Below, piece after piece: positions 1-14,442 of a stretch of 64,000 bases of DNA. Every line of letters starts with the position of its first letter. Positions within the stretch are counted from its first letter, which is position 1. Origin of the DNA: Macrostomum lignano (lineage: Eukaryota); the NCBI GenBank assembly GCA_002269645.1, contig NIVC01000112.1:82520-146519 (forward strand). The letters run 5' to 3'. The position numbers and the translations under genes were made by a program. The notes beneath the pieces are model-generated. The model was given only the letters and a program-made list of their open reading frames with translations, made no database searches and had not been told where the DNA came from.

Positions 1-21
1 CGTCTTGCCTCTCCGAACAAA

Positions 22-3000
22 TCATTCCAAACCTTGGCAAACTGCGCGTGCGGGTGTTTCAACTTTAAAGTGCATTCTTCTACCAGCCTTCGAGAATTGA
101 AAGTCCGCTTGATAGTCGCCTACAGATGGAACTTTCAGTTGGGCGTTAGCTTCGATCCGGTTGGCCGACTTTGCAGATGTCTTCAGCTTCAAATCATCCA
201 TAAACGGGGCGCTAACAAGAAAATCGACTCCCATCTGTCGATTCAATCCGGCAGTGGTCTCATCGTAGCCATCCAAGTTGATTAGCATCGATTTTCCTGG
301 CTTGTAGGACAGCTTAGAAGAGGTCTTTACAATCTGTCTGTTGTGCTTGTGGCTCCAAATAACAGCGAGGGTCTCATAGCCTGGCACCGATGTTGCGAGG
401 CTGATATTACCGCGCGATTCAACGCCATATCTAGACGGATAGAAATCGAAGCGAGAAATGAGGTCAATATCTTTCCGGTTATTTGTGGCAATCTTAAAGC
501 TGCTGGAAAACTGCTCAAGGTCGTCTTTATGGGTGACATCCAGCAGCAGCTTCGGGAACCAGTTCAGAGTGCTGTTGCTCTGCAAGCTCAGCCCCACGTC
601 TCTTCCGCTGTAGGCACCTCGGCTGTATCCGTGAACCTCAACAATGACGATTTTCTCTGTCTTGAGGTCGACATCCAACTTAGATTTAATTTCACTAGAG
701 GTCAGCCAGTGGTTGAGCTCGAACTTCATGAAGCTGACATGGGCCCAGGGCGTTACGATGCTTAGTCTAGAATGAAAGTTGTTGATGTTTCCAAGATTCA
801 CCAGCAGGTCAGCCTTGAAGCGTCGGCCGTTAACGATGCTCTCAATTTGCAGCTTCCTGACCCGGAGGGAACCATAGCCATCCAGTTTTAGCGTAATGTC
901 TTCATACCTGTTAAACGGCGTCTCCACTCTAAGCATAGCAACAATACCCTTTTCCGTCCATCCATCATTGATGTCGTACACAAAGTTCGCTGAAACCTTC
1001 TTGCCCTCAGCGTACTGAAGCTCGATGTACTTGTTGCTCTTCAATGGTTCGTTTCTTTCATTCAGACGAATTGCGATTGCGCCCATTGGTACGCTGATTT
1101 CTAGGCGACCGGTTCTCTCTAGCAAATGAGCTTGTCGTTTCGTTTCAAATTCCCCATCGATTCGGAGCCCGTCAGTCTGCTGTCGCCTGGGGTTCCAGTA
1201 CAGTTCCGCCAGGAGTCTGTTTTTGCTCTCCTCGCTGCTGAGCTGCAGCTTGCCTTGAACATCAACTCCGGGTGCATTGATCCGTGCGTTCATATCTGCG
1301 CGTTGGTAGTCAAACTTTCCCGTTGCATTGGCGGAGTAGGTGACGCTGGGTGTGGAAAGCCTAGCAGCAATGTAAGGTTCGCTTGAACTTGTATCGGCGC
1401 TTAACTCAGCCGACACGACGCCAGAGTATGGAAGTTTTAGGCTGCCGCTCACCTTGTGCTTTGAGTCTTTTTGCAGCAGCTCCGCCTGTACGCGGTAGTC
1501 GGTTTCAAGCACGGATAGAGTGGACTCAAACACGATGGTTCCCTTCTCTGGGAAGTTCTCCAGCTTCGATACAACATCGCCAATTAGATCACTTTTCAAC
1601 GAGGCGGTATAGAAAATATTCCCAGGCTCCCTCTTAAGCTTCAAAGTTGTGGAAACCGGTGACCTCGGTTCATTGTTGCAAATCAATCTGAAAGTCATGT
1701 CTGTCCAGGCCAGGTCGTGCACTAGAACGCTGTCGATTCCCTGTTTGTAACCTCTGTGCTCAAAAAACGAGTCAAGCTTGTGCTCATGACCTGATGATGG
1801 TGTGCCGATATCGTACTTGCTATACAAGCGCGTGATTTCATTGTTAGAATCCTCAAATCTTAGTTCCAGTTCGTGGTTGGGGTACATTCTGCTCTTGAAG
1901 ACAAGTGATACATAGTTGTTAAATTGCGGAACATTTGAGAAAGTGGTCTTAACGCTGCTCCTGATATTGCGGTCTTCGGACGTCATTGCAAACTTGATGG
2001 CTGGCTCAATTTTTACAGTCTGCTCCGACTCATCGCCAAACTTGTAACCAACCGTTGTCGAGCCGGACACACTTCCGCGTGCGATGTTGTAGTTCGACTC
2101 AACTCTGCCGCTAAACACAGGTGAGCTGATATTGGCCAAAGCAGACGCTAGTCCATTCTCGTAGCTCATGTGAGTGTTCACTCCAACCGGTCGTGTCAGC
2201 AAGTTCTCGACCGTTGCACTCAGTTCCCAGCTCTTTCTTGCTGGTGCTTTACTAAAACCGTAGGTGCCCTTCAGAATGATTGGTCTGGAATTCAGCAGAC
2301 GAATCTCCATTTGAGTCAGATCGACTCTAAACTGTTCTGAGGTCGCAACTAGATTGTACCGGGTCGTAGCACTTGCATAGGTCACACCGTCCATCTCAGC
2401 CAAAATCTTCATTTCTTTTCCATCAGCTCCGCTTATGAGGCTAATTTCAGCCTTTCCCTTCTTCCATGGCGTCTCAAGGATGGCTTCAGCCTTCCTGCTG
2501 TCCGAATCGATCTTCACTTCGGCTTGGATCTTTCTGTCGCTTTTGGAGCCTGGCATGTCAACCAGAGCCTTCCAGTGTCGATTGATGCCTTCTTTTCTGT
2601 TGATCAAATGAAGCACGTAGCTTTCATGGGTGTCCTTCTTGAGCATCGACAAATCTAGTTCAAAGCCAGCCACAAGCGGAGCCTGGGGCGCATCTTCTGC
2701 CGGCAATGATGGATATCGGATCTCGGAGCAGAACTCAATGCCAAGAACCTTCTGGAGAAATCCACCGCCTGAGCAGCTCTTCCTGTTTACAGTCAGGTCA
2801 CGTCTCATGTTCTGCTCGCGCTCAACGGATCGGCGTACAATGAAGAAACTTGTTTTCGCATTGAGAATATTCTGCCGCTGTCTCGGTTGATTGATCTCTA
2901 CTTTTAGTTCCTCACCGTTGGCGGCCTTGATAGACGCCTGCATTTCTGTGCTTGAGTACACATTGCTCACCATTTTTACTCCATAGTCGCCGAAAACAGT

Positions 3001-6000
3001 GTTGATTCCGAGCATACCGCTCACATGCACCGCTCCTGATGGTACCAGTTGGCCCTCAACCTCAAATTCAGGCGGCCACTGCATCAGTTTCTTCAGATTC
3101 ACCTTGCTCTTCGCTTTGAGAATAAAGGAGGCCGTCCCATTGATTCCGAGTCGTAGAGGGAATCCAGAAATCGTTGGAATCGTGACTTGCGTGTCCAAAA
3201 AGGAAATAGACTTGTACCAGTTGATTTCTCTCATTTGCCTGAGCGAGTTGAGCAGCTTGAGAATGTTACTACCGCTTATCTCCATGTCTTCCTTCCATAA
3301 GTCGAGGAATGCAACTTGATGACCAAAGATCTTGATGTCCAGATTGCCTCCGATCTTCTCCTCAATCAGCTTGAATGTTTCGTCTAGCTGGGCAAGCTGG
3401 GTGTTTGTGTCAGTCTCATTGCTCTTGTTACTTTTCGGACCCAGGTACTTCTCTAGCAGCACCTCCATTCCCTGGACTCGGCCGCCAACTTCTAGGAAGT
3501 TCAGCGACTTGCCAAAAAGGTCGAGCGTCATGTTTAGAGTCGCCGACCTCGGAAGGAAGCTCTTTTGGGACCAAATGAGATTGGATTCAACCTTCGCGCC
3601 AGCGTTCAAGTAATTGGAGAAGAATGATTTCTCAATGTTTCGACTGAACTTTAGTTTGTCCATGTCGTATTGCTTCTTCAGTTTCACATCTTCCACGATC
3701 AGGCGAATGTCCTGTTTGTGCGGATCGGAAGTTTCTAGCAAATTGGTCAAATGCGTCCACATGAACGAAGCGAATTGATTGCTGCTTTCGGCTGTCAGAA
3801 GCTCGCGGACCGTATCAAAGACTTCGATCGTTGGGCAAGCCATAAGACCCAGATAAGCGGTGATGCGCAGCTCTGAGTCAAGGTCCATGTTTCTGATAAG
3901 TCTCAGCAGAGGCCTCCTATCAACGGAGCACGGAGTTCGTCGAAGGGCTTCAATAGCGGCGACGCGCACCTCCATGAGGTTGGACTCCTTGTTGGCACAT
4001 CGAGCAAGATTTGGCAAAAGCTCAGTCAGGTGTCCAGCGTTTCCGATAGCCTTCAGAGCCACCAAGAGGGTTCGCCTATCGCCGGTGGAGCAATCCGATC
4101 CGATCAGCCGCTGAAGAGCAGCGCCAACGCTTTTCACGACGGTTTCTGTTTCGCAGCGAGTCCGGCTGCTGCAGTACTGGTTGACAACGGCGGTAATTCC
4201 AAGTTGAGCTTGCGTTCTTGGCTCCTCAACCTGCAGTAGAGGCAGAAGGCTCTCGAGCATCTCCTTGCTCGGGTCCTGCACAAAGGCGAGCGATGTGAGC
4301 CACGCGTCCGCTTCGGTGTTGGAGACCTGGCCGCTGGCGATCAGTCCGTTCATCATCTGCACAGCAGCCGGAGTCGTCACTGCAGGCAGGGCGTCAAAGA
4401 AGAACTGCTTTGCCATCTGATTGTTTCTTCGGCACACGCTGAAACCTTCGACGTCTCTGCGCATGGTTACCAGCTGCTCGGTTGTCAGCTCCTTCAGTCT
4501 GTAGATCAGCTCGTTAAAGAGAACTGGTGTCTTGGGGCCGATGGCTGTACCGAGGTCGCAGAGGCTGCTGAGCACAGACCTGACATTCTCAACTGGATTC
4601 TCCGATGTCTGTTTAAAGTCATGATGCTGATACTCTAGCTTGCTGCGCTGAAATACGTGGTCTGAAATGTTTTTGTTGTAATGATTTGACGGAATTATTC
4701 TTCTCAAAAATACGAGTACAGCGTTGTACTGAAATGCAGTACGATCGTAATCGCTAAGTGACAGTTCATGAAGTAATTTAAAATAAAGTTTAACCCCAGA
4801 GAAGCATATGCAACTGAAGTTTTCCTAAGGGCAGGCAGAAATTCAAAATGCAGTCAGTGGTTCACCTACCTATAGATAGCAAGGTGACCCTCGCCCTAAA
4901 CTTTGAGAGCAGAGTTACTGATAAGAAGCAACCAGATAATCGGCTGTGTGCCCCCCAAGCGGTCAGAGGACATGAAAACTCTACTTTGACCCTCTGCGCT
5001 TTCGCTTTTCGCCCTCAAACAAGCAACAACACTTCTGCTTATCGTCAAGGCAGCTCCAAATTAAGGCTCTGGGTTAGCATGGCCAAGCACAGTAAGCAAA
5101 GATAATGAGTTGGCTGCTAAACTCCGATAAGGCACCCGTGTGGGTCGCCTCTCTAGCTGCTCAAACCGCAGAAGCCTCATTCTGTCGCGGAAATGCAACT
5201 TAGAAAAAAGCAAGCCAAAATGTTTGCTTTCTTGGCAGAATTTTCCTATTCTTGCTTCAACTAATTAGCATGGGGTGCTGGGGTACTGCAACCATGCAGA
5301 TATGAGAAGCCAGTGGACTCTCACCGTGAGCGATTCGGACAATGCCGCCGGTGCCAACGAAGGTCATTTTCTGCTGCACTGTAGTCACAGCTCCGGCAGT
5401 TTCCGTGCTGAATGGTCGGAACAGATGCTCCTCGGAGCACACTGAGCTCTTCAGGTGGCCGGAAGTGTCGTATTGAGCTCGGCAGGTACGGTTAGCCCTA
5501 GTCAGCGGCATGGATTGGATTCGGGCCGAGGTCCGGTACGAGCTGCTCTGGAAACTGCTGCGCACCTTCTTCTGGTCGGGGCAGCTCATAAGGTCGGTGA
5601 CCTTGGTGACGCTCGCTCCTTTCGACGAATCTTGCTGGACGTTGTAGGTCACCTTGCACCGACCGCTGATGTCCGTCTGTTATGGCAGCAGGGGGTTAGC
5701 AGTTTGTAAAAGTATCTTCATCTCGAAATCCGTGCAAAACTACGAGCTATTAAAACGAGCTATTGAAACCATTCTTTTCTAGAACTTTTAGGTTTAATAA
5801 AAATCAAGGAATAAATAACTTTTCGCCACAAAGTTTGAAGGTTAGTTTGCCTAAATTTGGCATTCTTTAACTACTCGTAAAAATTTATTCGAACTTCCCA
5901 TTCAAGAACCATTGAGCTGGTAAGAGCGAAATCCTGGGTAGAGGAGGATTTGCGATCGAATTCAACTCAAAGGAAAGCTAGAAAGTAAGCCTTTCTTCTA

Positions 6001-8060
6001 TTGTCTATTTTTATAGTAAAAAGTGCGAATTCGTGCAAATTAAAGGAACCAATGCCTCTTAGTGTGCAAAATTAAAAAAATGATTTCAGCTCTGCTTGCC
6101 TGCACTCTCTAGGGCTCCCTAAGCCTCATTAGCTTCCACTCCAGCCTGCACTGTCTGAGACTCCCTAAGCCTCATTAGCTTCCACTCCAGCCTGCACTGT
6201 CTGAGACTCCCTAAGCCTCATTAGCTTCCACTCCAGCCTGCACTGTCTGAGACTCCCTGGCCTCACTAGCTTCCACTCCAGCCTGCACTGTCTGAGACTC
6301 CCTGGCCTCACTAGCTTCCACTCCAGCCTGCAGTGTCTGAGACTCCCTGGCCTCATTAGCTTCCACTCCAGCCTGCACTGTCTGAGACTCCCTGGCCTCA
6401 TTAGCTTCCACTCCAGCCTGCACTGTCTGAGACTCCCTAAGCCTCATTAGCTTCCACTCCAGCCTGCACTGTCTGAGACTCCCTAAGCCTCATTAGCTTC
6501 CACTCCAGCCTGCAGTGTCTGAGACTCCCTGGCCTCATTAGCTTCCACTCCAGCCTGCAGTGTCTGAGACCTGGCCTCACTAGCTTCCACTCCAGCCTGC
6601 ACTGTCTGAGACTCCCTGGCCTCATTAGCTTCCACTCCAGCCTGCAGTGTCTGAGACTCCCTAACCAACTGTCTTCCCTTCCCTATCAGGGCAACCTTAA
6701 TTAAAACTTCAAAGCCAACTAACCTCGACTCCCTCGAAGCCGTCCCGCTGCTCAGTGTTGCTGTTCTGCAGCAGGCCAATCATGGCCTTCTTGATGTTGA
6801 GCACCCAGTCCGGCTCCGCCACTTCAGCGCAGACGTCGCCAACCAGGCCGTTGGCGAAGGCAAAGTGCGCATCAGAGGCGGTGAGCTCCTGCTCGAACCG
6901 GGCCTGCTGTGGGCTGTCCAGCCAGGCTTCTCCAGCGGGGTCCAGCTCCTGCACCCGGATGTTTGACAGGCGCATAGCGACCTCGCACGGTGCCAGGAAG
7001 TCAAACACGACCCGAGCGCTGAGCTGCAGTCCGGCCGATTCTTCGGTTGCGCCGCGAATGTGAGCGCGCATGTCGGTGGAGTAGTCGAAGGTGTACGCCC
7101 GACCGACTGAGTAGGCTGGCGGCTGCACGGCCCGCGGGCAGCTCAAGGCGCAGCCGCCGCCTCGATGTCGACTTGTCAGCGGCCCTGCACGGTTGGCGCG
7201 GATCAGTAACAACAGGTGCTAATTAAACGTTAATACCCTGAATGTCACACATGACTGTCTAACATGTGACACATATGACTGCCTAACATGACGCATATGA
7301 CTGTCTAATATGTGACACAAAGGACGGTCTAACATGTGACACAAAGGACTGTCTAATATGTGACACAAAGGACGGTCTAACATGTGACACAAAGGACGGT
7401 CTAACATGTGACACAAAGGACGGTCTAACATGTGACACAAAGGACGGTCTAACATGTGACACAAAGGACTGTCTAATATGTGACACAAAGGACTGTCTAA
7501 CATGTGACACAAAGGACTGTCTAATATGTGACACAAAGGACGGTCTAACATGTGACACAAAGGACGGTCTAACATGTGACACAAAGGACTGTCTAATATG
7601 TGACACAAAGGACTGTCTAACATGTGACACAAAGGACTGTCTAATATGTGACACAAAGGACTGTCTAACATGTGACACAAAGGACGGTCTATCATGTGAC
7701 ACAAAGGACGGTCTAACATGTGACACAAAGGACGGTCTAACATGTGACACAAAGGACTGTCTAACATGTGACACAAAGGACTGTCTAACATGTGACACAA
7801 AGGACTGTCTAACATGTGACACAAAGGACGGTCTAACATGTGACACAAAGGACTGTCTAACCTATGAGAGCTAACTTGCTAACACAACTAATACAGGCAG
7901 TCTAGGACAAAGTTATCCATCATAAGTATTGTTAAACCACCTAGAATATATAACCAGCTTAAGCTAGAATTGCCCATCTCATCCACCCCATTGCCTTCAA
8001 GATCTTACCGGCATTCGCCAGAGCCGCCAGCAAAAGAAGCAGGAGCACCTTTTGCTCCAT
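22..8060 (-). CDS. Large lipid transfer protein (apolipophorin/vitellogenin/apoB family), ~1834 aa as reconstructed; the true 3' end may lie beyond the window
   Basis: Exons 8060-8009 (signal peptide MEQKVLLLLLLAALANA, donor GTAAGA), 7184-6724 (AYSVGRAYTFDY...WVLNIKKAMIGLLQ, donor GTTAGT), 5676-5325 (TDISGRCKVTY..., donor GTGAGA) and 4661-22. Phases 1/0/1 are mutually consistent and the junction gives the family motif E|TDISGRC. The large exon contains ALKAIGNAG, EVRVAAIEALRR and FLPRSATLNMTLDLFGKSLNFLEVGGR (LLT/DUF1943-like region). Confidence 0.9.
6116..6662. repeat. 45/46-bp minisatellite in LLTP intron 2
   Basis: ~12 copies of AGCCTCATTAGCTTCCACTCCAGCCTGCACTGTCTGAGACTCCCT; explains the spurious repetitive ORFs at 6165-6779. 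Confidence 0.95.
7245..7862. repeat. 24-bp minisatellite in LLTP intron 1
   Basis: ~25 copies of TGTGACACAAAGGAC(G/T)GTCTAA(C/T)A. Confidence 0.95.
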
Positions 8061-8488
8061 AGTTCGTAAAATACGCTTAATACTGTTCGCCTGCAAGTAG
8101 GCGAGATTGCTGTGTGTTTGAAACGATTCACCAAAAAATTGGGTTTTTTGCTTGGCAAAAAATTGGCTTGGAGGAAGACTAGAAGCCTTAAGCCCCAGGT
8201 GCTCTTATAGCAGTTGCCATTATCTCAGAGTCAAGGGTCGCAGATACAGAGTGCATTCAGCTGCCTGCCTGGAAGCAGAGCTGCAGCCTTTTCTGTTTGA
8301 TAACGGCAAACTTCAGAAAGAAATTAAATTCTTCTACGATTTCAAACTTTTTAAGTTTGCACAGTCAAAAGATTACTGTTCCCTAATTGACCTGGCTGTC
8401 CTAAACGTTTAGTTAGCTTCTGTGCGCTAGCTAACTTACGTCACTGCGGTGTGGCGTTGCATGGCATCAGCTGGCTCGGCGACCGTTG

Positions 8489-8502
8489 GTTACCATGGAA
8501 AC
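8489..8502. promoter_or_regulatory. RFX X-box-like motif
   Basis: GTTACCATGGAAAC, ~430 bp upstream of the LLTP ATG; matches the established X-box consensus GTYRCCATGGNAAC. Confidence 0.45.
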
Positions 8503-8909
8503 CACATGATAACACCGCACTGCGAATTTGAATGCGCACACAGTTTGGAAACGAAAATTTTCAATTGCAAGCGCACTTGAGAGAGACCCGTTGGGAGCCT
8601 TCGCTCTGATAACTGCTAATTGAGCTGAACAGGGACTCGTAGTTGTCAGGAAAGCTCAGCTGCTTATTGCACCATTTTATTTCTATTTTCGCCGATTACC
8701 CCTGGAATTGGTTATTAGGTTGAAATGTTTTTTAAATGGCATTTTAAATGAAGTATGTGTTAGGAAGCTGCATTTGTTGTTTCTCTTTTGGGTGGCTTAG
8801 TCTCGACATTGCTAAAATTTACGAGCGTATCAAATACAGTCACATAGAATTATATAGAAATCGCATACACACCGACAAGCACTAAAAAAGTGGACGGACG
8901 GATACAATA

Positions 8910-9570
8910 ACAGACAGACAGACAGGCAGGCAGGCAGAAAGACAGACAGACGGACAGACACTAAGACAGACAGACAGACAGGCAGACAAACAAACATACT
9001 ATCAAACTATGAGTAACAGCCAAAAAACAAACAAATAGGACACTAAGACAGACGCTAGGACAGACACTAAAAGACGCAAACACAGACGCAAACACAGACG
9101 CAAACACAGACGCAAACACAGACGCAAACACAGACGCAAACACAGACGCAAACACAGACGCAAAGGCAGACGCAAAGACAGACGCAGAGACAGACGCAAA
9201 GGCAGACGCAAACAGACGCAAACACAGACGCAGAGACAGACGCAAAGGCAGACGCAAACAGACGCAAACACAGACGCAGAGACAGACGCAAAGGCAGACG
9301 CAAACAGACGCAAACACAGACGCAAACACAGACGCAAAGGCAGACGCAAACAGACGCAAACACAGACGCAGAGACAGACGCAAAGGCAGACGCAAACAGA
9401 CGCAAACACAGACGCAAACACAGACGCAAAGGCAGACGCAAACAGACGCAAACACAGACACAAAGAACAGATGCAGAGACAGACGCAAAGGCAGACGCAA
9501 AGACAGACGCAAAGGCAGACGCAAAGACAGACGCAAAGGCAGACGCAAAGAACAGACGCAGAGACAGTGT
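8910..9570. repeat. ACAG microsatellite grading into a ~10-bp ACAGACGCAA array
   Basis: (ACAG)n at 8910-9000, then ACAGACGCAA / GGCAGACGCAAAC units. Confidence 0.9.
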
Positions 9571-9844
9571 CAAATAAGCGCCCAGTAAGCGGAGACAAGG
9601 CTGCCCGTAGGCTTAGCTTGAGTCATTTGCGAAGTTGTATATTTGAGACGAGCAAAAAAGGTAGCGATTGTGCTGCTATGTAGGCTTAAAACAAAGTCAT
9701 TACTAAATATCGATATGCTAAGGGAGAAAGAGAATGCTACACAGGCCACGTACATCGAGGTAAACGCTAGTTTAGAGTTACATGTAGGAAAGCGCACAAT
9801 TTAAAATTCATGAGCAGTAGTACATCAGCACACGCCCGGCTCTT

Positions 9845-10550
9845 TAGACAGACACTAGGACATCCACTAAAACAGACACTAAGACAGACACTAGGACATC
9901 CACTAAAACAGACACTAGGACAGACACTAAGACAGGCACTACGACAGACACTAAGACAGACACTAGGACAGACACTACAGCAGAAACTAAGACAGACACT
10001 AAGACAGACACTAGGACAGACACTACAGCAGAAACTAAGACAGACACTAAGACAGACACTAAGACAGACACAAGGACAGACACTATACTAGGACAAACAC
10101 TAGGACAAACACTAAGACAGACACTAGGACAAACACTAACACAGACACTAAGACAGATACCAAGACAGACACTAGGACAGACACTAGGATAGACACTAGG
10201 ACAAACAATAGGACAAACACTAAGACAGACCTAAGACAGACACTAGGACAAACACTAAGACAGACACTAAGACAGACACTGGGACAGACACTAAGACAGA
10301 CACTAGGACAAACACTAAGACACACTAAGACAGACACTGGGACAGACACTAAGAAAGACACTAAGATATAGATACTACGACAGACACTTAGGCAGACACT
10401 AGGACAAACACTAAGACAGACACTAAGACAGATACTAAGACAGACACTAGGACAAACACTAGGACAAACACTAAGACAGATACAAAGACAGACACTAGGA
10501 CAGACACTAAGACAGACACTAGGACAAACACTAGGACAAACACTAGGACA
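9845..10550. repeat. 12-bp GACAGACACTA(A/G) array
   Basis: Tandem units visible directly; source of the VSVL/RQTL ORFs. Confidence 0.9.
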
Positions 10551-11104
10551 AGTAGATGCAAATCCTTAAACTATGTAATACTGGAATTGCATGTAAATGG
10601 TGTGGAGGTAAAAGCAGAACTGTATTTCAAATCACTTTCAAATTGCACTCTTCGGGTTCCGATGTCTATAGAACATGTACATATCACTTTAGAGCATTTC
10701 ATAAATTGACCCTATAGTCTTGACATGTAATCCACTTAGCCTGTGCGCCTCGTCTATTTCCGCAGTGTTAAATGAGCGGAGATAATCAGTAGCGCGTAAC
10801 TCCGCTACCATAGACAAAGCAACGCAAAGCAAAGCAACGGCGGAGATAAGGCGTTATATTCGGGTCGCACATGCCGTGGATTACATACATGTACAAAGAA
10901 TCGCCTGATACGAGGAGATGAGCCATAGACAGAATCTCCTCGATTCGCTCGGATATTCTGTATGGCTCATCTCCTCGTATCAGGCGATTCTTGTTTATGT
11001 TTTGGCGAAAGACGCATAACAATTTGGTTCATAGTATAGTACAGTTCGTACAGTTACATGTAGAAAAACTAAAAAACAATCAGGTACAGTTAGATTTCGA
11101 AATC

Positions 11105-11480
11105 GATCTCCCCTTGAGCAGTGGCATCTCAGCATCTCGATCCCCTTGAGCAGCGTCGTCTCTCAGCATCTCCACTTGAGCAGCGGCGTCTGTCAGCATC
11201 TCCCCTTGAGCAGTGGCATCGCAACTACTCCCTTGAGCAGCGGCGTCTCTCAACATCCTCCCCTTGAGCAGTGGCATCGCAATTACTCCCTTGAGCAGTG
11301 GCATCGCAATTACTCCCTTGAGCACAGTGGCATCGCAATTACTCCCTTGAGCAGTGGCATCGCAATTACTCCCTTGAGCAGTGGCATCGCAATTACTCCC
11401 TTGAGCAGTGGCATCGCAATTACTCCCTTGAGCAGTGGCATCTCAACATCCTCCCCTTGAGCGGTGGCATTTTAGTAATT
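11105..11480. repeat. 27-bp minisatellite
   Basis: CCCTTGAGCAGTGGCATCGCAATTACT units with diverged edges. Confidence 0.9.
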
Positions 11481-13502
11481 TCCCTTTGAGCAGTGGTATT
11501 GAAAACTCAAATCACTGTTTTATTGAATATGTTTAAATGTATTTTAACCTCAAATAATTTAAAATACAGGAGTGCGATGTAGATGTACATGTAGCTTCAA
11601 AGGCTAAAAATTTCTTTTTGCAGGAGCTCCAAAAACCCAAGAATGCAAGTGGCATCTTAGCATCTCCTCTTAAGCAGTCTCTGGCCAGATACAGTTCCCC
11701 ATCATGGTTCGAATTATTTTCTTTTACCCTATCCCCGGGTCTACTAATATTCAAATCATTGGACATTGATTTTTACGACTCTATACTCACGAATCCACGA
11801 TACGTACTGTTCTACTTAATGGCTGAAGTAAGTAGTATGATACGCGTTAAATTGTGCTTCCTTATCCGTATGAAAATTCTACTTAACTTAAATCAGTGCT
11901 GATCCCTGAAGCAATACCTAAAAAGGCCGAAATCCGCGCAATTCCAGCACTTTTTAATCTGCTAGTTTTTATTTAGATAAATTAGAAACATTGAAAATAA
12001 TTATTTTAACTGTAAATTGCCGAGAAGATTAAGGTATTACTATATTATAATGATTTAGCTAATTACACCAAAGTCATGACAAAGGAAAGGGCGGTCTCGA
12101 CACTCCTACGTAGTGCAAGTGGGGCTTACATTGAAAAGTTTTTTTAAAGTTGATTTATTAAATGAATTAAATTTAAACAATCCACATTATGCTCAGAATC
12201 AGAATTAGTAATGTAATGTAATGCTGGTATGACTGTTAGTATTATAAGCAAAGCAATTCGGTTAGAACGTTAATTAGTCATTAAAAAAGTCAAGGGGGCC
12301 GGCCGGGTAATAAACAAGAAAACAACCGTCCGTCTGTCTGTTGATCAGTCTGAAGTACTTGAAGAGTAGCAATCTAGTCATGTGGAAGTCTGCATGAGTC
12401 TAGACTGGTACTCCGCAAGCCTGTCAGATTCATTGATGAAGCAGCAAGTTGCTGCGTTGGCAAGTAAGTTTCACACAAGATTTGCCTGGCGCAGTCAAAG
12501 CCTTGCGGTGTCGTGTTTAAAAAACAGGCCGGGAAATGGGACAAAAAACTGACAACTGGTAAGAACTAACCGTGGCCCGTGGCCGTGGGACGAATCCGAA
12601 GATCAAATGAGAAAATTTAATACAACCAACTGGTGTTAAAAAACCGTCTGAGGCTAAGCGAGCAGCAGCGGTAGCTGGCGGCACAAGCAGAGGGCAGACA
12701 ACTTCGCAGCTAACTGCAGGTCTAAATTCAAAAGTTAAAACGACACAAGGGCAAAGAGAAGCTTGTTTTAAAAATAATCAAGTCACATGATATACTGAAG
12801 CTTAACTAAATGGCACACGGACTAACTAGGGAGAAGAGAAAGGCAGCCACCGAAGCACGCGCACACTTGGCGGGGCGCGGCTGGGCTTGGTTTTTATAGA
12901 CTGGGGTCCCTTTTCTCCTCTTTCTCTCTTACCCCCTCTTGCAAATAAGTGGCCCCTCACTTGGGCTGGGTGGAGCGTTTGCGGCGGATAGATATTTCAA
13001 CGGGTCGATTGTACATTATGGGTGGGGCTTGGAGGGGAGAGCTGAAGAGTCCCCCTGCCCCAGCGCGTACACTTGAACCCCACAACCCCCCGCTGTTTCT
13101 GTTCTGTCCAGAACGGAACCACACCAAGCCTGGAAATAGGAGAGACCCAGCCCACGACTGAATGCGGAGAGACATGGCCCTTCAATCCCACCCCACTGTG
13201 TTAATTGGCTAAGTTTTATGAGGTTGGACGCGGCTTTCATCGACCCAGCCAAGGCGCACGATTCCACTACAGGACCGAGCCTGCCTGCCCCACCCGCAAA
13301 TGCGACGATAGATCAAACTAAAGCTTGAATGGGAGAGAAAGAAATCTTCATTTTAATAAGAGAAAGAAAAACAAGCCTGCCAAAGATGACGCATCGGCTA
13401 AACGAGGCGGGCCGCCCTCTCATAGCCTCCTCTCCTCCGCCTCCATTTACCTCAATCTAGCGTACGCACACACATTATAGTTACCTTTCCGCAGGGCGCA
13501 GG

Positions 13503-14442
13503 TAGGGATTCCAAAATCCCGACATTTTACAATCCCGGGATTGAATAGTCCCGAAATCCCGATGCTGTTGAAATCCCGGGATTCAAAATCCCGGAATCCC
13601 GGTGCTTTTGCAATCCCGGGATTAAAAATCCCGGGATTCGATTCCCAAAAAAATCCCGGGATTCAAATCCCGGATTTTTGGCCCCAATCCCGGGATCCCG
13701 GGATCCCGGGATTGGAATCCCTAAATTGCTAGACGGACTGTGCGGCGTGCCGCGTGCAGTAGTCATGGTCTCGCGACTCTCAGAGTCTCAGGGCCTTTTC
13801 ATATTACCAATTCCAGAACCAGAATCGGTTCGGAATTCGAAGAAAAACAGCAGTATAACTATTAAACTCTGTTAATATTTGACTGCCTTAACAGCCTCAC
13901 TTAGCACAATTTTTCACTTTCTTCTTGGCGACTGTCATTCAATAATAAAAACTTTATAGCACGTATCTCCCTCTAGTTATGGAGACAAAAAGTTTATACT
14001 TCACAAATTGGTTCTTGTTCTGGAACCAGAGCAAGCAATATGAAAAGGCCCTCAGTCTCGTCTCGTGGTAGAAAACGAAAAAAAGTTAAAATTATCTATA
14101 ATTTACAGTTCACATTAACAATTTTTAGCTCAATTAGGACAGGAGCTTTGCAAATGTTTAACGTTTCATTGAGAAACAGCAAAAACAAATAAATGTTTTA
14201 TTATTCAAATAAACGTTTAGACTTTAAATTATCTAATTTAGGCATTGAAAGTTCGTTCTAATCCCGGACCAATCCCGGGATTAAGGCCTTGAAATCCCGG
14301 GATCCCGATCCCGGTCTTTTGCAATCCCGGGATTAAAAATCCCGGGATTCGATTCCCAAAAAAATCCCGGGATTCAAATCCCGGATTTTTGGCCCCAATC
14401 CCGGGATCCCGGGATCCCGGGATCCCGGGATTGGAATCCCTA
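13503..14442. mobile_element. Non-autonomous hAT-like DNA transposon (composite, 940 bp)
   Basis: TIRs TAGGGATTCCA / TGGAATCCCTA; 8-bp TSD GGCGCAGG at 13495-13502 and 14443-14450; subterminal AATCCCGGGATT repeats; no transposase ORF. Confidence 0.85.
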
